Below are positions 40,898 to 41,549 of a stretch of 41,549 nt of DNA, one piece after another. The first letter of the stretch is position 1. Each line of letters starts with the position of its first letter. The translations under genes were made by a program, and so were the position numbers. The DNA is from an uncultured Gammaproteobacteria bacterium (GTDB lineage: Bacteria > Patescibacteriota > Microgenomatia > CAZETR01 > Amesbacteraceae): NCBI GenBank assembly GCA_964366335.1, contig CAYITQ010000002.1, forward strand, positions 1-41,549. The letters run 5' to 3'. A model generated the notes under the pieces. It made no database searches. It had not been told where the DNA came from and worked only from the letters and a program-made list of their open reading frames with translations.

Positions 40898-41549
40898 ATG
40901 GCCGGTATTTCTTTGAGACTTCCTTTCAACGGTGATTATCCTGTGAGTTTTGCTTTTGGAGCAACTTCCGAGAATGAAGATATCAAAAAGAAATTTATTG
41001 AGTGGGGAATTGTCGGACATAACGGAGTTGACTATGGTTTACCGGAAGGAACGGAAGTGGTCGCAAGTTCGGACGGAAAAGTTATCCAGTCTGGAGACAA
41101 TGGAGACTTTGGAATTTCTGTAACTATTCAGCATGAGTGGGGACAAAGTTTATGTGCCCACCTCAAAGAGACAAAAGTCTCCCAAGATCAGGAGGTAAAA
41201 GCAGGTGACGTTATCGGTTTATCAGGCCAAACCGGTTCAGCCTTTGGTGAGCATTTGCATTTTGCCATCAAACCAAACGATTTGGATGTAAACAATGGCT
41301 ATCTTGGTTTTATCGATCCATCACCATATTTTGGAAAACCCACAATTCAACCAATTGAAGTACCCCAATCACCTTTACCCGCCGAAGTCCCGATGGACAT
41401 CGGGACGAAGGAGGGCCAATCTCCCATATCTCCCGAACCTCCCCAACAACTCCAACCAATAATTATCGAGAAAGAAGTCATCCGTGAAGTTCCTGTTGAA
41501 AAAATTGTCGAAAAAGAGGTTATTAAAGAAGTGATTAAGGAGGTTCAGG
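40898..41549 (+). CDS. M23 (LytM-type) peptidase, partial; runs off the window end and is absent from the ORF track
   Basis: My own translation is MAGISLRLPFNGDYPVSF...GHNGVDYGLPEGTEV...GDFGISVTIQH...GLSGQTGSAFGEHLHFAIKP, followed by a Pro/Glu-rich repeat tail. A TATACT box (40886-40891) lies 6 nt upstream of the ATG. Confidence 0.85.
   Translation, partial: MAGISLRLPFNGDYPVSFAFGATSENEDIKKKFIEWGIVGHNGVDYGLPEGTEVVASSDGKVIQSGDNGDFGISVTIQHEWGQSLCAHLKETKVSQDQEVKAGDVIGLSGQTGSAFGEHLHFAIKPNDLDVNNGYLGFIDPSPYFGKPTIQPIEVPQSPLPAEVPMDIGTKEGQSPISPEPPQQLQPIIIEKEVIREVPVEKIVEKEVIKEVIKEVQ

Noticed and set aside
40456-41020. Track ORFs 40456-40740(+), 40716-40916(+) and 40766-41020(-).
   Set aside because: They translate GC-rich repeats or hairpins, or lie antisense to the clear M23 peptidase frame. 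No motifs were found. They are treated as non-coding.

Overview
This is a gene-dense, visibly AT-rich bacterial window. Its content looks like a reduced Patescibacteria/CPR-type genome, but that placement is an inference. Most of it is housekeeping. There is an rpmF-nusB-rnc-rpsP-khpA operon, and rpmF is missing from the ORF track. A thrS...infC-rpmI-rplT...pheS-pheT backbone is interrupted by inserted genes. Also present are serS, recG, a class A PBP, pilMNO, nfo, folE, rsmA and two tRNAs (Val-GAC, Leu-TAG). The accessory or unusual parts are as follows. (1) A DUF5678-like ORF is followed by a retropepsin-like protease ORF that has no start codon; the protease frame can be reached by a -1 shift at an A_AAG_GGG heptamer. 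(2) A DUF559 (Vsr-like) endonuclease gene is bracketed by palindrome-containing inverted repeats. (3) A 54-bp direct repeat flanks a module of ParB/Srx-like protein, phosphoserine phosphatase and SerRS. (4) A tightly coupled operon encodes nadE, a CN-hydrolase, a fold-III PLP decarboxylase and an ATP-grasp ligase. (5) A BpsA-like (GDDD/DPPY) aminopropyltransferase is paired with an APH-fold kinase, next to two glycosyltransferases. (6) A 570-bp non-coding region upstream of a partial M23 peptidase contains a GC-rich repeat island and a 134-nt domain closed by a 10-bp long-range helix. Two architectural features recur across the window: -10 boxes sit 6-9 nt from start codons, suggesting leaderless mRNAs, and GC hairpin terminators directly abut the next gene's start. 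All functional calls come from motifs read by eye in the translations. No database search was run.
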